From the NCBI GenBank assembly GCA_043228905.1, contig JBHGNT010000002.1, positions 26,660,001 to 26,724,000 of the forward strand: DNA of 64,000 nt. Reading direction: 5' to 3'. The notes under the pieces are model-generated. The model did no database searches and was not told the origin of the DNA. It saw only the letters and a list, made by a program, of their open reading frames with translations. Both the position numbers and the translations under genes were made by a program. Below, piece after piece: positions 48,581 to 62,239 of this stretch. The stretch's first letter is position 1. The number at the start of each line of letters is the position of its first letter. This DNA is from Azolla caroliniana (lineage: Eukaryota > Plantae > Polypodiophyta).

Positions 48581-51500
48581 TCGGAAGAAGCCGGTAAGGG
48601 CAAACACGGGGAGGTGTGTCAGACCGGAAAGGCACACCTTGGACAGAACAAGAGTCTCGCGAGTGGCCATCACGGGCCGGATCGAAGCATGACTACGGGA
48701 CGGTGCTCGGCACGGGCGAGGCCGAACGAAGGAAGCGGAAGACGGCACAAGGGAGGTGCCGAGAACGAAGGGACAAGTGCCTAGTGGACTGCACAGGGTC
48801 GGAACCAGGACGGCAAGAGAGTCCGGAGGAGGATCCTCCACACTCGCTTCGTAGATCTCGGTAACTCCGTCGAAGTAACAAAGACTAACACGGCAAGCTA
48901 GGGTGACAAGCTGGTGGGGGCGAGGGGACGACGGCAAGCGAAAGACCCAGGACCTATTTCAGCAGCACGACGACGGGAAGGGCCAAGCGGGCTACTACGG
49001 GGTGTTCCTCGGATGCAAAGGACACCGGTATGCGGGTGAACAGCGATGCACGATCAGGCCGGAAAGGGGCCGACGAGGGTAGGTGGCACACGGAGGTGCC
49101 GTAGCGGAAAGGCGAGCGCGGAGAAAGCCGGAAAGGGATCTTTCACACCATTCCGGAGACCATGGCGGTTCGAGCCGACACGGTGATGTAAGACCATGGA
49201 GAAGGAAGGTGGCGGCAGAAGGACGAAGGCGACGCGAAACACCATCGGGACATCACGATTCGACAACGGAGGCCAAGCGGGCTGCTACGGGCATTCCTCT
49301 AGCGGAGGACATCGGGCATACGGCGAGAAGCGGGGCGTTCATACGGCCGAACAAGGGCCAACAGAAGAACGCGTGCTACGGAGATCGCGGCAGAGGACCC
49401 ATCGACGGGTCAAACGAGCCTACGGGGAGGCGAGCACGAAGGAAGACTCGAAGCCGCCGGATCAAACCGGCAGCGAGCCGAGATGCGGATCACAGGAGAC
49501 CGGTTTCTCACCGGCCGAAATCTCTCACCCTTCAACCAGATTGGCACGTACCGGTGGACGTGCAGTTAGGTGGGGCCGGATGTCGTGAAGAATTTCGGCC
49601 ATAGGCGAAAACCGGGAAACATTGTCTACATCGGCGGGGTGCAGCGTGTGTACGCACCCATGTACATTTGGTGTGAATATCGAGGGCGCCTTTATGGCGC
49701 CGAAGAGTAGTCAAGTCGGGACAGATGATCCCATGAAAGTCGGGATTTGTCCCACATTGTAACGCATCCCTCTCCTTGTTCTATAAAAGGGAGGGAACGC
49801 CCTTTGTAAAAGGGTTGCCCATTTTGGATTAGAGGGTATACCGGTAGGTTTAGGGTTAGGTTTCTTCTGCTTCTTCTTCTTCCCCTTCGTGTTCGTTTAG
49901 GGTTGGCTGCAGCTTATCTCTTGTGCAAGACCCCGCTCGGCGCGACGAGCCCGAGAGCTCCCCGACGGCGGCTTGACAGTAGACGACTGTTGTAAACTAT
50001 CCTGGTCTGGCTCGAAGCCGGGAGTGTATTCTTCTTATATATATATACATATACGTTTGCGTCTGTCCGTGTATATTGGCGTCTTGTTGGTGTCGGGTGC
50101 TCCCCTCCTTCCCTGCGTTTCCTGTACAAGAGGGCGTGTGTGTGCGTGTGTGTGTGTGCGTGTGTGTGTGTGTGTGTGCGCGCGTGAGTCGGTGTCAAGC
50201 ACGCTCTCTCACTCCCTCTCTCTCTTCGGCTGCTTCCGGTGCGTTTCAGGGGTGCCCTAGAAAACGGTGAAGTGCGACTTCCTACGCTCCGTCGCTCCCT
50301 AGTCCAGGACCCCCGTGGTCCCGCCTTTCTCCACGCACGCGCGTAACAACGCGACAACGCTCCTCCGCTCGTTTCTTCTCTCGGCTGCTAATGCCGGTTA
50401 TCATACAGCCTCCGTTGTCGGAGAACCAAAATTTCTTACCTATAGTACAGGGTTTCCTTCCTATGGTACACGTGTGGGGTTTTTTCAGGATGTCTGGACT
50501 ACCACGGCCCCATGCCTTGATAGCCCTCTCTAAAAATCCCCTCGGCTTTCGCCGCCGAGGGTCTCGCGGTTGCGCTCGTGGTTCGATCGCACCGTCAGAA
50601 ATTGGATGGAGTGTCACCCATCTTAGCTCTTCACGCGTGCATATGCCGAACCGTTATCCAACACCTTCATTTCCATGCGTGCTACCATAATGTATGGTTC
50701 TCCGAGTATCACCGGGTGCGAGGATGTCTCCTGCACGAAGAAGTGTTGGTCAATCTCGACATCACCGATTTTCACCCGTACATTTGGGTAGGCCCCGTGT
50801 AGCTCTTCTGTGGCGCACGTCAGCGCTCATATTTTCCACCCGTGCTTGGTGTTAATCGGCCACTTGCCCTTCTTGTAGAAGTCCATAGACATCAGGTTGA
50901 TCTCTGAACCGTGGTCTACCAATGCCACCATCAGTTCCTGGATGTCTCTGATCCGAACCGGGGTCCCCGTAGTGACTCTTGCCTAGTGCAGCTTCGAATA
51001 GTGGCTTTCCGCCAACTCATCTTCTTGGGCCATGTCTTCTAGGTGTGTCATTCACACCTCCACTGGCTTCTCCGGCTCCAGCTCCATCAAAAGCCTTTTT
51101 CGCTTCCCCAAGTCCACGATGGAGTCATGGAATTCTTTCTTCGCGATCCCAAGCACTTACCTTAGCGACAACTCCACCTTGCTGTCGAGGATTCATTCCT
51201 CAAGGACCTTCCGCAGGTCCGTCATTCTTTCTATCACAGTGCTCAACCGGTAATCGGCTTTCTTTGCTTTATCCGATGCGCCGGAAGTACCAGCGTCATT
51301 CTGCTTTGGCCCAAACCGGGTCTCGTGCCGCTTTGAGGGTCCGGCCCTTCCGGCCTTCCCCACACACTTGTCTTCTACAAGAACCTTGTAGTTCTGGCAC
51401 GCGACTTCCATGAAGCCGGTCTTTTCCTCGACCGAATCACTCCACCCGGTGACCTCCTAGACCCGTCTTTCCGCACAGTCCACTTCCTCCTTCCTCAACC

Positions 51501-54500
51501 ACACGCCAGCGAGGCCTTCTAGCACCAACTGCCAAAACCGAGAGTCCTTCGTCTTCCGGCCTTCGTCACGCCTGGCCTGGATACCTACCGACGCCGAGTA
51601 GTGGATGGTCTCTGCATGGCGCGTCGTCGCTTCTTCCATCAACCTTTTCATTCCTCCTTGTCTGATATTCAGCTCCAAGGCTCTCCGGGTCTCCCTAGCG
51701 TGGACCTGCCCGTTCCACAAGTACACCACGAAGTCCACGTAGTCCTTCCAGATGTGATCGACCGCGTCACACCACAAGCATTAATGCCCACCCGAAGGCC
51801 TCCGGTCGCGAAACTGCTCGCCGCCGTCCCTCCTTGCCTGTGCAATCTGGAGGTCTCGTACCATCTGCGCCAGCCCTTCTAGAGCCGCTCCTCCGGATGG
51901 GCCCTTCTTGACCACGCTAGTCGAAGTTGAGCCTGTCTCAAGCAAATCCCGGGTTTCCTCCCTTCGCGTCGGCGGGGGTCCCTCAAGCTTTCTTGCCGCA
52001 ACCGCTCCTACCCCTGATGAGCCCTTGTCGACCCACTGACGTCGTTTGTCAAAACAACCGCAGACTCTCTTTACCACGGCCCGGTCAGCCGTCAACCCGT
52101 CATCCGTCTCCAGCAAGAGACCCACCTGATCTCGATCCCGCGCGTCCACGGATTTGACAAACAACAAGACGCGGCTCGTGTCCAGCACTGCTCTATCCAG
52201 TGCCGAGAGCTGCAAACTCCCGGAGAAGCGTCAACGCATTCATCCCCTCTCTGGGGGTCTCCACCTAATCCATGAAGTCCCGCTTCGATAACTGAAGCAC
52301 GTCATCAAGCCCATACCGTTCGAGGAGCCGCACTTCGAATTCTTCCTAGGTTCGGCATCCAGCCTGCACCTCGAGCACCTCTATGTGGATGTCCGGTGTC
52401 GCCACCCGAGGGAACCCAACCAGACGCCTTTCCTCTGGGATGTCCCTCATCACCATTTCAGCTCGATAGACCACCAAATAACTCGTGGCGTCCTTCCCAT
52501 CGAACCGGCCTATTGTGCCAACAAATTCTTCAATGGCCTTGTCGAGGGTGCTCGTGCCCTCGCGAGCACTTACTATCCGATCAGCTGCTGCCGCCATGGT
52601 TTCGGCGAGCTCTGATCCCCTCATCCTCGATTCCTCTACCGCCTTGTTTCACGTCGAGTTCACCAAATAATGTCGTGTTATTCTGCACGCGCAGGAGAAA
52701 CCAAGGTGGGACCACGGGGGCCTTGAACTGGGGAATAACCGAACAAAGGGAGGAGCGACATGAAACCATGGCTGAGCCGCACACACAAATACACAGAGAA
52801 CTCACAACGAAGATCGAACAACAAATAAGGCAAATATATATTTATGATCAAGATTACAGCCGGCTAGCCGGTAAGCGTCAACGCGCTGACACCAACTCAC
52901 ACAACGCACACAGACAATGTGAGATGGAGCCTCTACCGGAAGCACTCGGGCTTTCCACAAAGCAGAGGCAGCCTCCCAAAACCTACAAAGAACGATGAAA
53001 GACAGAGGAGAAGAGGTTGGTCCCAGTCCGATAGCACTTTGTCCTCCACAACGCGATCCCCTCTCTGCCTTCTTCCCTTCCCTTTTATAGGCCGTCGGGG
53101 AGGGACCGTTATACCTTGGTCACATCACCTTTATTCTTTGTCCCTTCATATAGAGATACGCATCGATTTCCTAGACAATAAATCTTTCCTACCTAGTATG
53201 TTTACATCGGTCGACCTATCCCCAATTATGTACTCCTCATCAATACTTGTGCCCGCGAAGGGCCGGGACACCGGGCCTCATCTACCTCGTCCTTGGCTGA
53301 ATCGGCCCTTCTTGCACGATCGCATCCTCTTCCTCTGTCCGAATGCATGTAGAGCATGTGGCCTTCTGAGGCATTCTCCTCGTTCGAACATGGTTTTCTT
53401 CGACTAACAACATGGATTGAAGATCAAAGAAGGAGGGCGGATTCTCCCGTGCTAATACGGCAGTCCTCATCGCGTCGAACTGTGGTGCAAGGCCACCGAG
53501 GCATATTTGCACCATCTCATCATTGTCCACATTGATGCTTATCGAGCCGAGCGAGTCGCAAAGCTCCTTAATCTTCAAGGTGTAGCTTGTGATGAACATA
53601 TCCCTTTGTTGGATGTTGTTCAACTCTTGGCGGAGTTGAAGCTTTCTCGCGATTGTGTTGGCGGCGAAAATCTTTCGTAGAATCTCTCACACTTCCTTTG
53701 GCGTCTCGGCTTCTCAAATGTACCCGAACATGTGGTTGTGAACACATGTTGCCCACCTGGCTTGCCGCTTGGTCCCACTTTGCATAGTCAGTGTCTTTTG
53801 GCTCAGGTCGGTTTTCTTGTGCTCCCTTGATGTAACCCCAATAGCCTTGGCTGACAAGGTATTGGTGCATCTTGTACTCCCAGTGTGCAAAGTTGTTTCA
53901 ATCCAACTTCTTGCTAGGGAGAGCGCTCCCCATATGAGTATTCATTGTCGATTAAGCTTCCTTTCTTCTAAATTTCCTTCTCTCTTGAACACGAGCTATG
54001 TAGTGGTACTACGATAGCGACAAGCCAGTTCTTCTTGAACGTCGGGATAGAGCACAACACGCGATCACGATGAGGCGAGTGGGCTAGATCGAGCTACCAA
54101 CCTCGCTCTGATACCATGTAAAGAATCGATGGTGATTCTTGTGCAACGGAATAGATATGTGTTATGTGTATGTGTGCGAGGAATTAGAGGAGAGAAGAGA
54201 GAACACAAGATAGATAGGTAAGAACACAATGAAGTACTCAAGAAGAAGATGTATATTCACAAGTAGAATAAGAGATACAAAAATATAGCATTACAAGGAA
54301 TCACAACTGACTTAATATGAAGTGTGAGGAGGGTGCTTTATATATAGTCACCCTCTCTCTTCATTAACTAACTACAATAACCACTCTCTCTCTTGGGGAA
54401 TATATAACTCATTAGTAATGTGTCATAGAATATAATTCTATGACACATAGTTAATGTGTAGAGAGTAGTTGTGTGACTCTTGACCTTTGAGTAATCATAG

Positions 54501-57500
54501 ATTCTCAAAAGGTGTGTTCACACGTTGCACTATGTTGATCTTGATTCTCAACAGCCATACATACAAGATATACCACAGATCCCCTTTATTTTTCTAAATT
54601 CTAACCATCAACTTAAATAAATACTTTGGTTCTAAGTAACCACTCCACCTTATTAGAAATCCATCTATAAAATATACCTATGTCCTAGATGGCATAAAAC
54701 TCCAAATGCTTAAGCTCCGGTTGGTGCGTATTACCTTTTATACTATCCAACAAACCTATGAGATTATGCACAATCTCTGTCCAAATTCTTGAAATTATTT
54801 GGGGAGGTCTTTCGGTCACATTTTGACATACCTTGAAACATCAAGCCTTTCAAATATACCAAATTGTAATACTACTTACCAATTGTCATTTAAAAGGTTA
54901 TGGAATTTCTATGCTCATTTTTAGGGAAGATGGATGTATATGGTTCCCATAATTTTGGAAAACGATGTGTTAACTTCGTTGTTGGCTTTGCTGATTTTGA
55001 GTTATTGCAATCTGCACATTAGTCTATTTAAAATGTTGGAAAATGCATGAAAGAAGGTTGGGACTTCCATGATTCATTTTAATTTGGTGCATTGTGCATC
55101 TTCTTAGAGGTCGGTAAAGGTAGGACAATTGTGGAAACAAGATTGATTCATTAAAAGGTTTTATGTCCATTTTCGGATATTTGTAGGTCTTATGCACTAC
55201 CGGCTTTTGTGCATGTTGCAATTGCTCTTCTATATTGCACATGCTACAATACTAGTTTTGGGTGATTTAAGTTGGAGAATTTGTTGGGAAGCTACTCTGC
55301 AATATCAAGTATCCCGCAAGGATGTTTGGTTCTTCCCGTCCTATTATTTTTTGAATTGATATACAAGTATCCAGTTGGATTTCCATGTTGTTTCTGAGAA
55401 ACTGTTGGTCATGATTTCTATTGTTTTATTTATTCAAGTTGTTGCTTATGCACTTTAGTTGTTGGTGGTATATGCTACATTCAGTGGTCATCTGTAGTTT
55501 GGGTAGGTTAGAGCATAATAATGGTGAAGATATGGTATACTGCATTGGAAATGTCGAGTGGGTTATTTACATTTGTCTTTATACAAGTTTGTTTGGCTAT
55601 TATATATATACATCAAATCGTCCATGATTTGGGTCTTTGGGATTCAGATGTTAAGTCTGTTTTCTCCAACTTCTGTACCTGTTCCCTGTCATCTTTCATG
55701 GGGGAAAAAACACTCGGTAAAGCTCACGAGTCACTCCTAATCACTTAAAGAGTATTACAACCTCAAGTAGGAGTTAGCAATCCTATTTTTGTTAGACATG
55801 CGATCATTGACACAAGAATAAACCAAGAGCTCTACCTTGAGCATCAATAAAAGAAGACATTTCTATGTTTGCCCTAAGAGTTTTATACACCTTGAAAAAG
55901 GGTCCTCATACACTAGGGGTAAATGTTATTTCTACACTTATTACTTGAGAGTTTACTTAGTGGACTTTAATGTTACAAAGGAGGTGCAAGAAGTGTAATG
56001 TACCGCATGTACTTAACAACTTCCTTTCCATTGTATAGATTATCAACACACTCTCACAACTAACAATGTGTTTAGATTTGCTTCTTTACATACTCGAAAA
56101 ACATTTCCATAAGAAAATTTTGACCATGATCCTCAATTGTTTGTTTACATATTATTGATCCAACCCTCCCCCCTCTTTCTTTTATGTAAGGTTTAATTTA
56201 TACTTCAATTGTAGGGAAGGCCTTGTTATAGTGTATCATAAAAAACTTATTATCCGAGTGTATATTTACTCTTGATACCTTGAAGAAGATTTCATGCCTT
56301 CTACTCGCTACATATATCCCCAATTTCTTAAACTCTCTACATATGTCCCCAAAGATGTACTAGAATTGAGGTGGTGAGAGAGAGAGAGAGAGAGAGAAAC
56401 ATTAAAAAAGTGTAGTTTTAGAATATGTCAAGATTCTCATTGACGAGATTGCTAGAAGAAAACGAAGTTGATGACCATTAAGTTAAACAATGCATGTCTT
56501 ACATGTAAGGAGATAACCATTTGAACAATAAGATCAAGGATTCAAACCTTGCTAGGGATAATGGAGGGGAGAAGAATGCCTTGCAATGCATAAAGATGAC
56601 ATGAAGCAAATGTTGTGCGCACATCAAGCACCCATGTGAGGATAAGGTTGGGTGATGCTCGTGTAAAATACTCCTTGTTGAGCAATGGCGAGAGGTGGGA
56701 TCAAGGGGAGCACACAATCAGCATCCAACCCCCCTGAAAAAAGAAAAGAAAAGAAAAGAAAAGATTTAAACATACAACAAATAGAAGGGAGGGAACTATA
56801 TGTTCCCAAAATACCCTCCCTTTTCAATAACTTTATGACACATATAAACTTTACTGAATATTAAAGTATAGCCCCTAAAAACAGAAAGACAAACACAAAA
56901 ACAAATGCATACACCCTTCCATTCTAGGCACTCTCTCAAGAATATTGTTCACATACCTGCATGCAAACAATAATTACTCATAATCTCTTTCATACACACA
57001 TAAAAATGTGTAAACACATCAATGCAATTCCAATTATCACATACATTACACATATACACACACATTTACATAAAGATGCATATACACGCTCATATACATT
57101 AGCGAAATAAAGAAACTATACATGTAGACAATGGTGCTTTGTGGATCCCTTGTTCCAATATGGATCATTCATTTTCTAGTATAATCTTGTTGTTTGTGCT
57201 CAAAAAAGGAAAAGGAAAAGGAAAAGAGTATGCGCAATAGAATTGAGTGGACACATCTTCGAGCAAGCTATGACCAAATTTCTAGACCATATTTGCCTTT
57301 AAGTGACCCCAAAAGTCCCTACAAATATTCTCATCATAACTTTATATAAATATTCTCGCGCACGCGTGCGTGTGCGTGCGTGCGTGTGTGTGTGTGTGTA
57401 CATATGACTTATACATAAAGGGATCACACACACAAAGCCTACCACGAAAACACAAAGATGATAATAATTTGGACCAAAAATAATACATATCTAAAACAAG

Positions 57501-57841
57501 GCGACATTGGTCCAACGCCAATGAATTCATCATTCGATGAACAAAAGCATAATTTACCATTCTAGTGAAGACTATTTGTTTGTGTAAAATGTGTTCATAA
57601 TGTCATCTTATTTACCCATACAATAGTAGATGAAAAATTAGAGTTGGCTCTATCCATGCACAAAGATAGATAATGGATAATATTGCAAATGTTTACATTT
57701 GTATAAAGTATATAAAATGGACAAATGAAGATATAGTGACTATGCCAATACATGTTGAGAAAGTTCGGGTTTTGGGAAGCTCCCTAAAATGTCAGAAGTT
57801 ATTAATTGATTCTATGGAAGTAGCTCTACTGTTAGAGTTTA

Positions 57842-58297
57842 TGTCTAAAGTAAGTATATGATAAGGATAAAATATAGATAAACATAAGAAAGGAGAGAGA
57901 GAAAGAAGGGTGTTGATCCACCCGACCACCGCTGAGCGAAGGGATCGAGACGGACTCGAGACTCGATTGACGTCCCATGCCACTGTTGTGGCGTCAAGTC
58001 GTACCTGGGTTGGCGCGCTTGCTACAAGAGTTGACCCACCACAACGTCAAAGTCTTGACGTAGTCAAAGGATGATGAAATGAGGGTAGTTAGGCCTCATA
58101 TTTATAGCGATACCCAAGGCCCCCAGGCAAGTTCACACTTGGCCTAATGGGTTGTTTCAATCCCGAGGATTAAAAGTAATGATTTCCTTCTTTACACTCT
58201 CGTTTAACCCTCACACTTATCCACATGTATAGAATACTACAGTAAATTCTCACTACGGGATATTATATGGTCATTCCCGTAACATACTCCCCCTCTT
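57842..58297 (-). mobile_element. 3' LTR (57842-58284) plus PPT of a truncated LTR element
   Basis: Minus strand reads AGAGGGGGAGTA then TGTTACGGG...TTTAGACA. Homologous to 3255-3568. Confidence 0.65.
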
Positions 58298-58829
58298 TAA
58301 AACATTGCACTCTTGCAATGGAAAGTTAGGGAAGTTAGTTCTAAGAGTATTTTGGATGTAGAAACCATTTATTCATGGACATTATATAATATGATAATGC
58401 AAGGTTGTCCCATTTGTGCATTACTCTATTGAATTTCCTCTCACTTGCTATTGTTGTACTTGGATAATCTTGTCACATCATGACAATTATGTGAGTACTA
58501 CTACCTAGTATGAGGGATTTGTATCTCAAGTTTATGTACATTACTCATAATTATGCCGTATAATGATCCCCAACTTATGCAAATAGTAATGGACACCCAT
58601 GGTAATGTTTCATGGCGAGTCACCAAATTTGAGCCATGTTGTGATAAAGAACTTATACAATTTTGGAATTAAAGTTGAATCCAAGTTTACTTCTAAATAG
58701 GATCTCATCTAGAGAGAAAGAGAATGAATTATTCTCTTTCTCTTAGGTGTTGTAGAGTATCAAAAACAAACATTCACTTGTTATCAACTTGCCCATAAAT
58801 AAGAACGTTTATCATCCACTCAAGTTTCC

Positions 58830-60349
58830 AATCTTGTGCATAAACATCCTATATGGAAGGACAAGTGGAAAAGGCAACCAATTTGTTGGGACCCCTTGAT
58901 TAAGGATGATTATGGTAATATGTTAGGAAGAAGGACAAGATTAAACTGGGCAGCGGTTGATGAGGCATTTGCAGCTAATGTTGGTACTTGGTTAAACTTT
59001 AATCAATCCTCTAGGGATGTTAAGGAACAAGTTTTGAAATCAATAAGAGGTGGTACTTTAATGTTCCAATAGATAAGTTACGCTTGTAAGAGGATTTTGT
59101 CCTCTTCTTTTAATTCAAACCATGTATGGTACAGGGCATTCTCTTCTTTTAATTTCTTGATTGGAGTAAGAGCTTATACATCTAATGAATCCTTCTTGGC
59201 ATATCTAATAGTTTCGGAGGGAAAATTGCAATGGGTCTCTATGGAGGATGACCTTCTCAATTTAATGGAGTGGAAACCTATTAGAGTGGTTGCAAAAACA
59301 GGGAAGGTATATATTATTGATCCCCATCCTGAAAAAGTAAACCCCTTCTGGGATATTTGGGTTTGTGATAGTAAACGCTTATTGGAGTTAGAGTGGGACC
59401 CAACGGAATGGTGGTGGAGAGATGCTAATGGTAAGACGGTTTCTTTCTTTGACTACTCTGTAAAATTAGGTAGGGAATTCCAACGAAGGAGGAGTCTAGT
59501 TATGCCAGTTGCAACTAAGGTATGGTAAATAATAATATGCCTATGCATTCAATATTGGCATTTGGGAAATGGTTGTGGGCTCCACAGATTCCTTGCAAAA
59601 TCATTACATTTAGATGATTGTGTGTCCACGATGCACTTCAAGTCTTGGAATGGATGCATAGGGAAGAGGGAACCAAAACTTGCTCTTTTTGTGGGCTTCA
59701 CTTGGAATCAATGCAACATGCCTTATAGAACTATATGGTTGCATGTTCAGTTTGGAAACATATGTTGCGTCTCATTGATGTTGCATATGGACCTAATGTG
59801 ATTGCATGGGAAATGTCTTTTGGATGGACGTAAATGTGGATAAACATAATTATGAAAGGAAAAAAATATTGTTTACCCTTCAAACTAGGGGAAGGAAAAT
59901 TAAGAACATACCATACTCAAGCCCAAATCGGTTGAATGTGGATGCCACAGTATGGGCTACGATATCGTCGGTGGTTCTATGGAATATTTGGATAGATTGA
60001 TGACAAAATGTGTTTCAACAAATAATGCAAAATCTTGTTCATTGTGTGAAGGAAATTTGGTCGATGCTTATCTCAATTCTAAAAGGTCAATATGACTCCT
60101 TCATAGGTAATGAAGATATGATTTTTCTGAAACAACAATCCTTTAAAGGCAAATGGAAGGATTTGTTAGTTTTTGTGGAGAGAAATGACAAAATGGAATG
60201 GCAATACGTACCCCCGCAATGGTTGTTCCCTCCATAGGTGGAGGTTGGTTCAATTTAGGACATAATGGGGGATATCTTACCCGCCACTAAATTGTATCAT
60301 TATAGGCTTGTATTTGCTTATTGCATTGGTAATGGAAACTATGGTGTAG

Positions 60350-60376
<27 letters not shown>
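58830..60376 (+). mobile_element. L1-type LINE 3' fragment
   Basis: QPICWDPLI...LEWDPTEWWW...YSVKLGR...VLWNIW...WQYVPPQWLFPP, parallel to 43450-44100. Confidence 0.75.
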
Positions 60377-60380
<4 letters not shown>

Positions 60381-62239
60381 AAAACGTTTCCAAAAATAGA
60401 TTGAAATTCTCTTTTTTCTCGGACCTCTTTGCTTATAATTTACAAGGCAATGGCATCTTTTTCCATTCGATAAGATTTTGGGACTTATAGATTATTTGGA
60501 TAGCATTTAAGTCAATTGGTACTCTATGAATGGCGGTTGGCCTATCACTTTCGGTTTTTCAAGTCCTCTAAGTGATTGTCTCCAATTTGCACAATTCCCT
60601 CTTTGGATATCATAACATTATTTTGAGTGTTATTTAGTGCTAATTTTTTATTTATTCTTTAATTTTACCTCCAATTGAGCTTTCCCACTAGTAATACGTG
60701 TTTTGGTCCAAAGAAATGGGTTTGGCCTCTACCTTCATGTAGCAAGGATACAAATTTGATTATTTGTGTCTCATGGTACCAATGGGTGCATCTAAATAGA
60801 TTGTGATGGCACCTTTTGCTTATATCTATTCAAAAGAAATTATCTCACCTTTGGTCTCATATCACTATTCATATTAGGTATGGCCGCATGTTGAATAATG
60901 GATGGAATGATATGTTCTCACGTTTCATTCTCTTGACACAATCATAATCATTTCGTTAAACTCTCTACTGTATCCTAGAGTAAGACAAAGTGTAAACAAT
61001 ATGTGTGTTTTATCGATGCATGTATGTGAGGGTACACCAATTTAATATGATAACATTGTCTCACATTTGTTAGTATTTGATCATTCACACTAATAATTTA
61101 CATTGAAAAATATGGTTTTACTAATCACTTTTCAAAACCCTAAGGTGGAAAACAATGGCATTGCCTTAAAAGGATGTTATGAGACCATAATCTTTCTTCA
61201 ACATGTTAAAGGCAAGAAACAACATAGACAAAAGTAAATAAACATAAATACAAAGAATTTCGGCCCTTTAAGGAAATTGTTTAAGATAAGTCACAAGAAT
61301 GCATTGTCGGTTTTTCATTCATTGATATGACTTTTTGCCTCTTACTTATCTTCAAAAAGTAGGAACAATTTACAAAATGTCATGCTTGTTCCTACCTCGA
61401 ATTCAAACCTATCATGATAAGAATCCAAAACTTTCTCATAACGTACAAATATCACCATAATCTCCATGTGGTCTAGAATGCACCTCAACTCTATGGATTA
61501 CACCATCGACAAATATATAAATTTATATAACGTTTAAGACAACATGATCATGTTCAAAAGCGCACAATGAAGCTCATTGGCTTTACTATTATTGGCATAT
61601 TATATTAAGTAGGTATACAAACCAATGTACGACGCGAATACTAGCATTTATTTATGTCAACCAAAATACTAATAATGCATAAATAAAGTTCTCATTTGAT
61701 GTAACCAAAAGAATATCAAAAACTTCTAGAGCTTGTTGCTAACTTGACCTGACCCTTTGCATTTAACCCATCATCAAAACAATTCAAGTGAATTAACAAA
61801 ACAAATTAAGGGCCTGTAAGAATGCAATCAATTGATTAGAAATTCTTGCATTGATTTATTATAAAAATTAGACAAACTCATTCAAACTAAATACCAACAA
61901 ATTCTAGTATAATTGAGAGGATCCTATCCAACATTCCCCAACAAATTTGCATGGTTGAGCGGTTTGAGACCACCTAGACATCCACCTAGACATGTGTATC
62001 TTCCATGTTTGTATCATATCAAAATTACCTTGTGGGGAGTTTCCAAGGTTCCATATCTTTTGTACTCAGGTTTTTTCATATCATCGTGACTTATGTTTAA
62101 TGCATAAAATCCATGGCATGCCGTATCACTTGTATGGAAACACAAACACACACTTTCCTCAAAAGGTTGATGTTCACTCTCATGGCAAACCAAGACTTCC
62201 AACATCATTTTGCCCCTAACGAGGACTAACCAAAGCATA

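Larger units (their letters stand above)
45392..50356 (+). mobile_element. Non-autonomous gag-only LTR element D with a tRNA-Trp PBS
   Basis: Near-identical LTRs 45392-46157 and 49581-50356 (TGTCG...CGACA). PBS TGGTGAACCCGACGTGAA at 46162-46179. PPT-like AGGTGGGGCCGGA at 49568-49580. Flanks ACGT/ACGC. Confidence 0.92.
45368..53270 (-). mobile_element. Ty3/gypsy-type element E, 3'-truncated (5' LTR, tRNA-Trp PBS, gag, protease)
   Basis: LTR 52671-53270 (minus strand TGTCCCGG...CACGACA). PBS TGGTGAACTCGACGTGAA at 52648-52665. Gag pieces 52346-52624 and 51781-52215. Protease LVDHGSEINLM at about 50890-50925. No RT, IN or 3' LTR seen. Confidence 0.8.
44369..54553 (-). mobile_element. Ty1/copia element C, PR-IN-RT missing, hosting nested gypsy-type elements; TSD GCTAT/GCCAT
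   Basis: LTRs 44369-44830 and 54117-54553. PBS TGGTATCAGAGC at 54105-54116. Gag relic 53271-53930 and RNase H relic 44960-45357. Confidence 0.9.

Noticed and set aside
45725-50800. Many overlapping 100-330 aa ORFs on both strands
   Set aside because: GC-rich, stop-poor LTR-element sequence. Only the gag-like frame has homology support, from element E.
54554-57800. Possible host gene in the AT-rich interval (also 1-950, 3570-5200 and 60400-62200)
   Set aside because: Only short ORFs without recognisable motifs. Probably old TE debris that I cannot classify.
3255-58284. Giant element or inversion bounded by the inverted repeats at 3.3 kb and 58 kb
   Set aside because: The two copies are diverged LTR-like relics, a third fragment lies at 5955, and there is no shared TSD.
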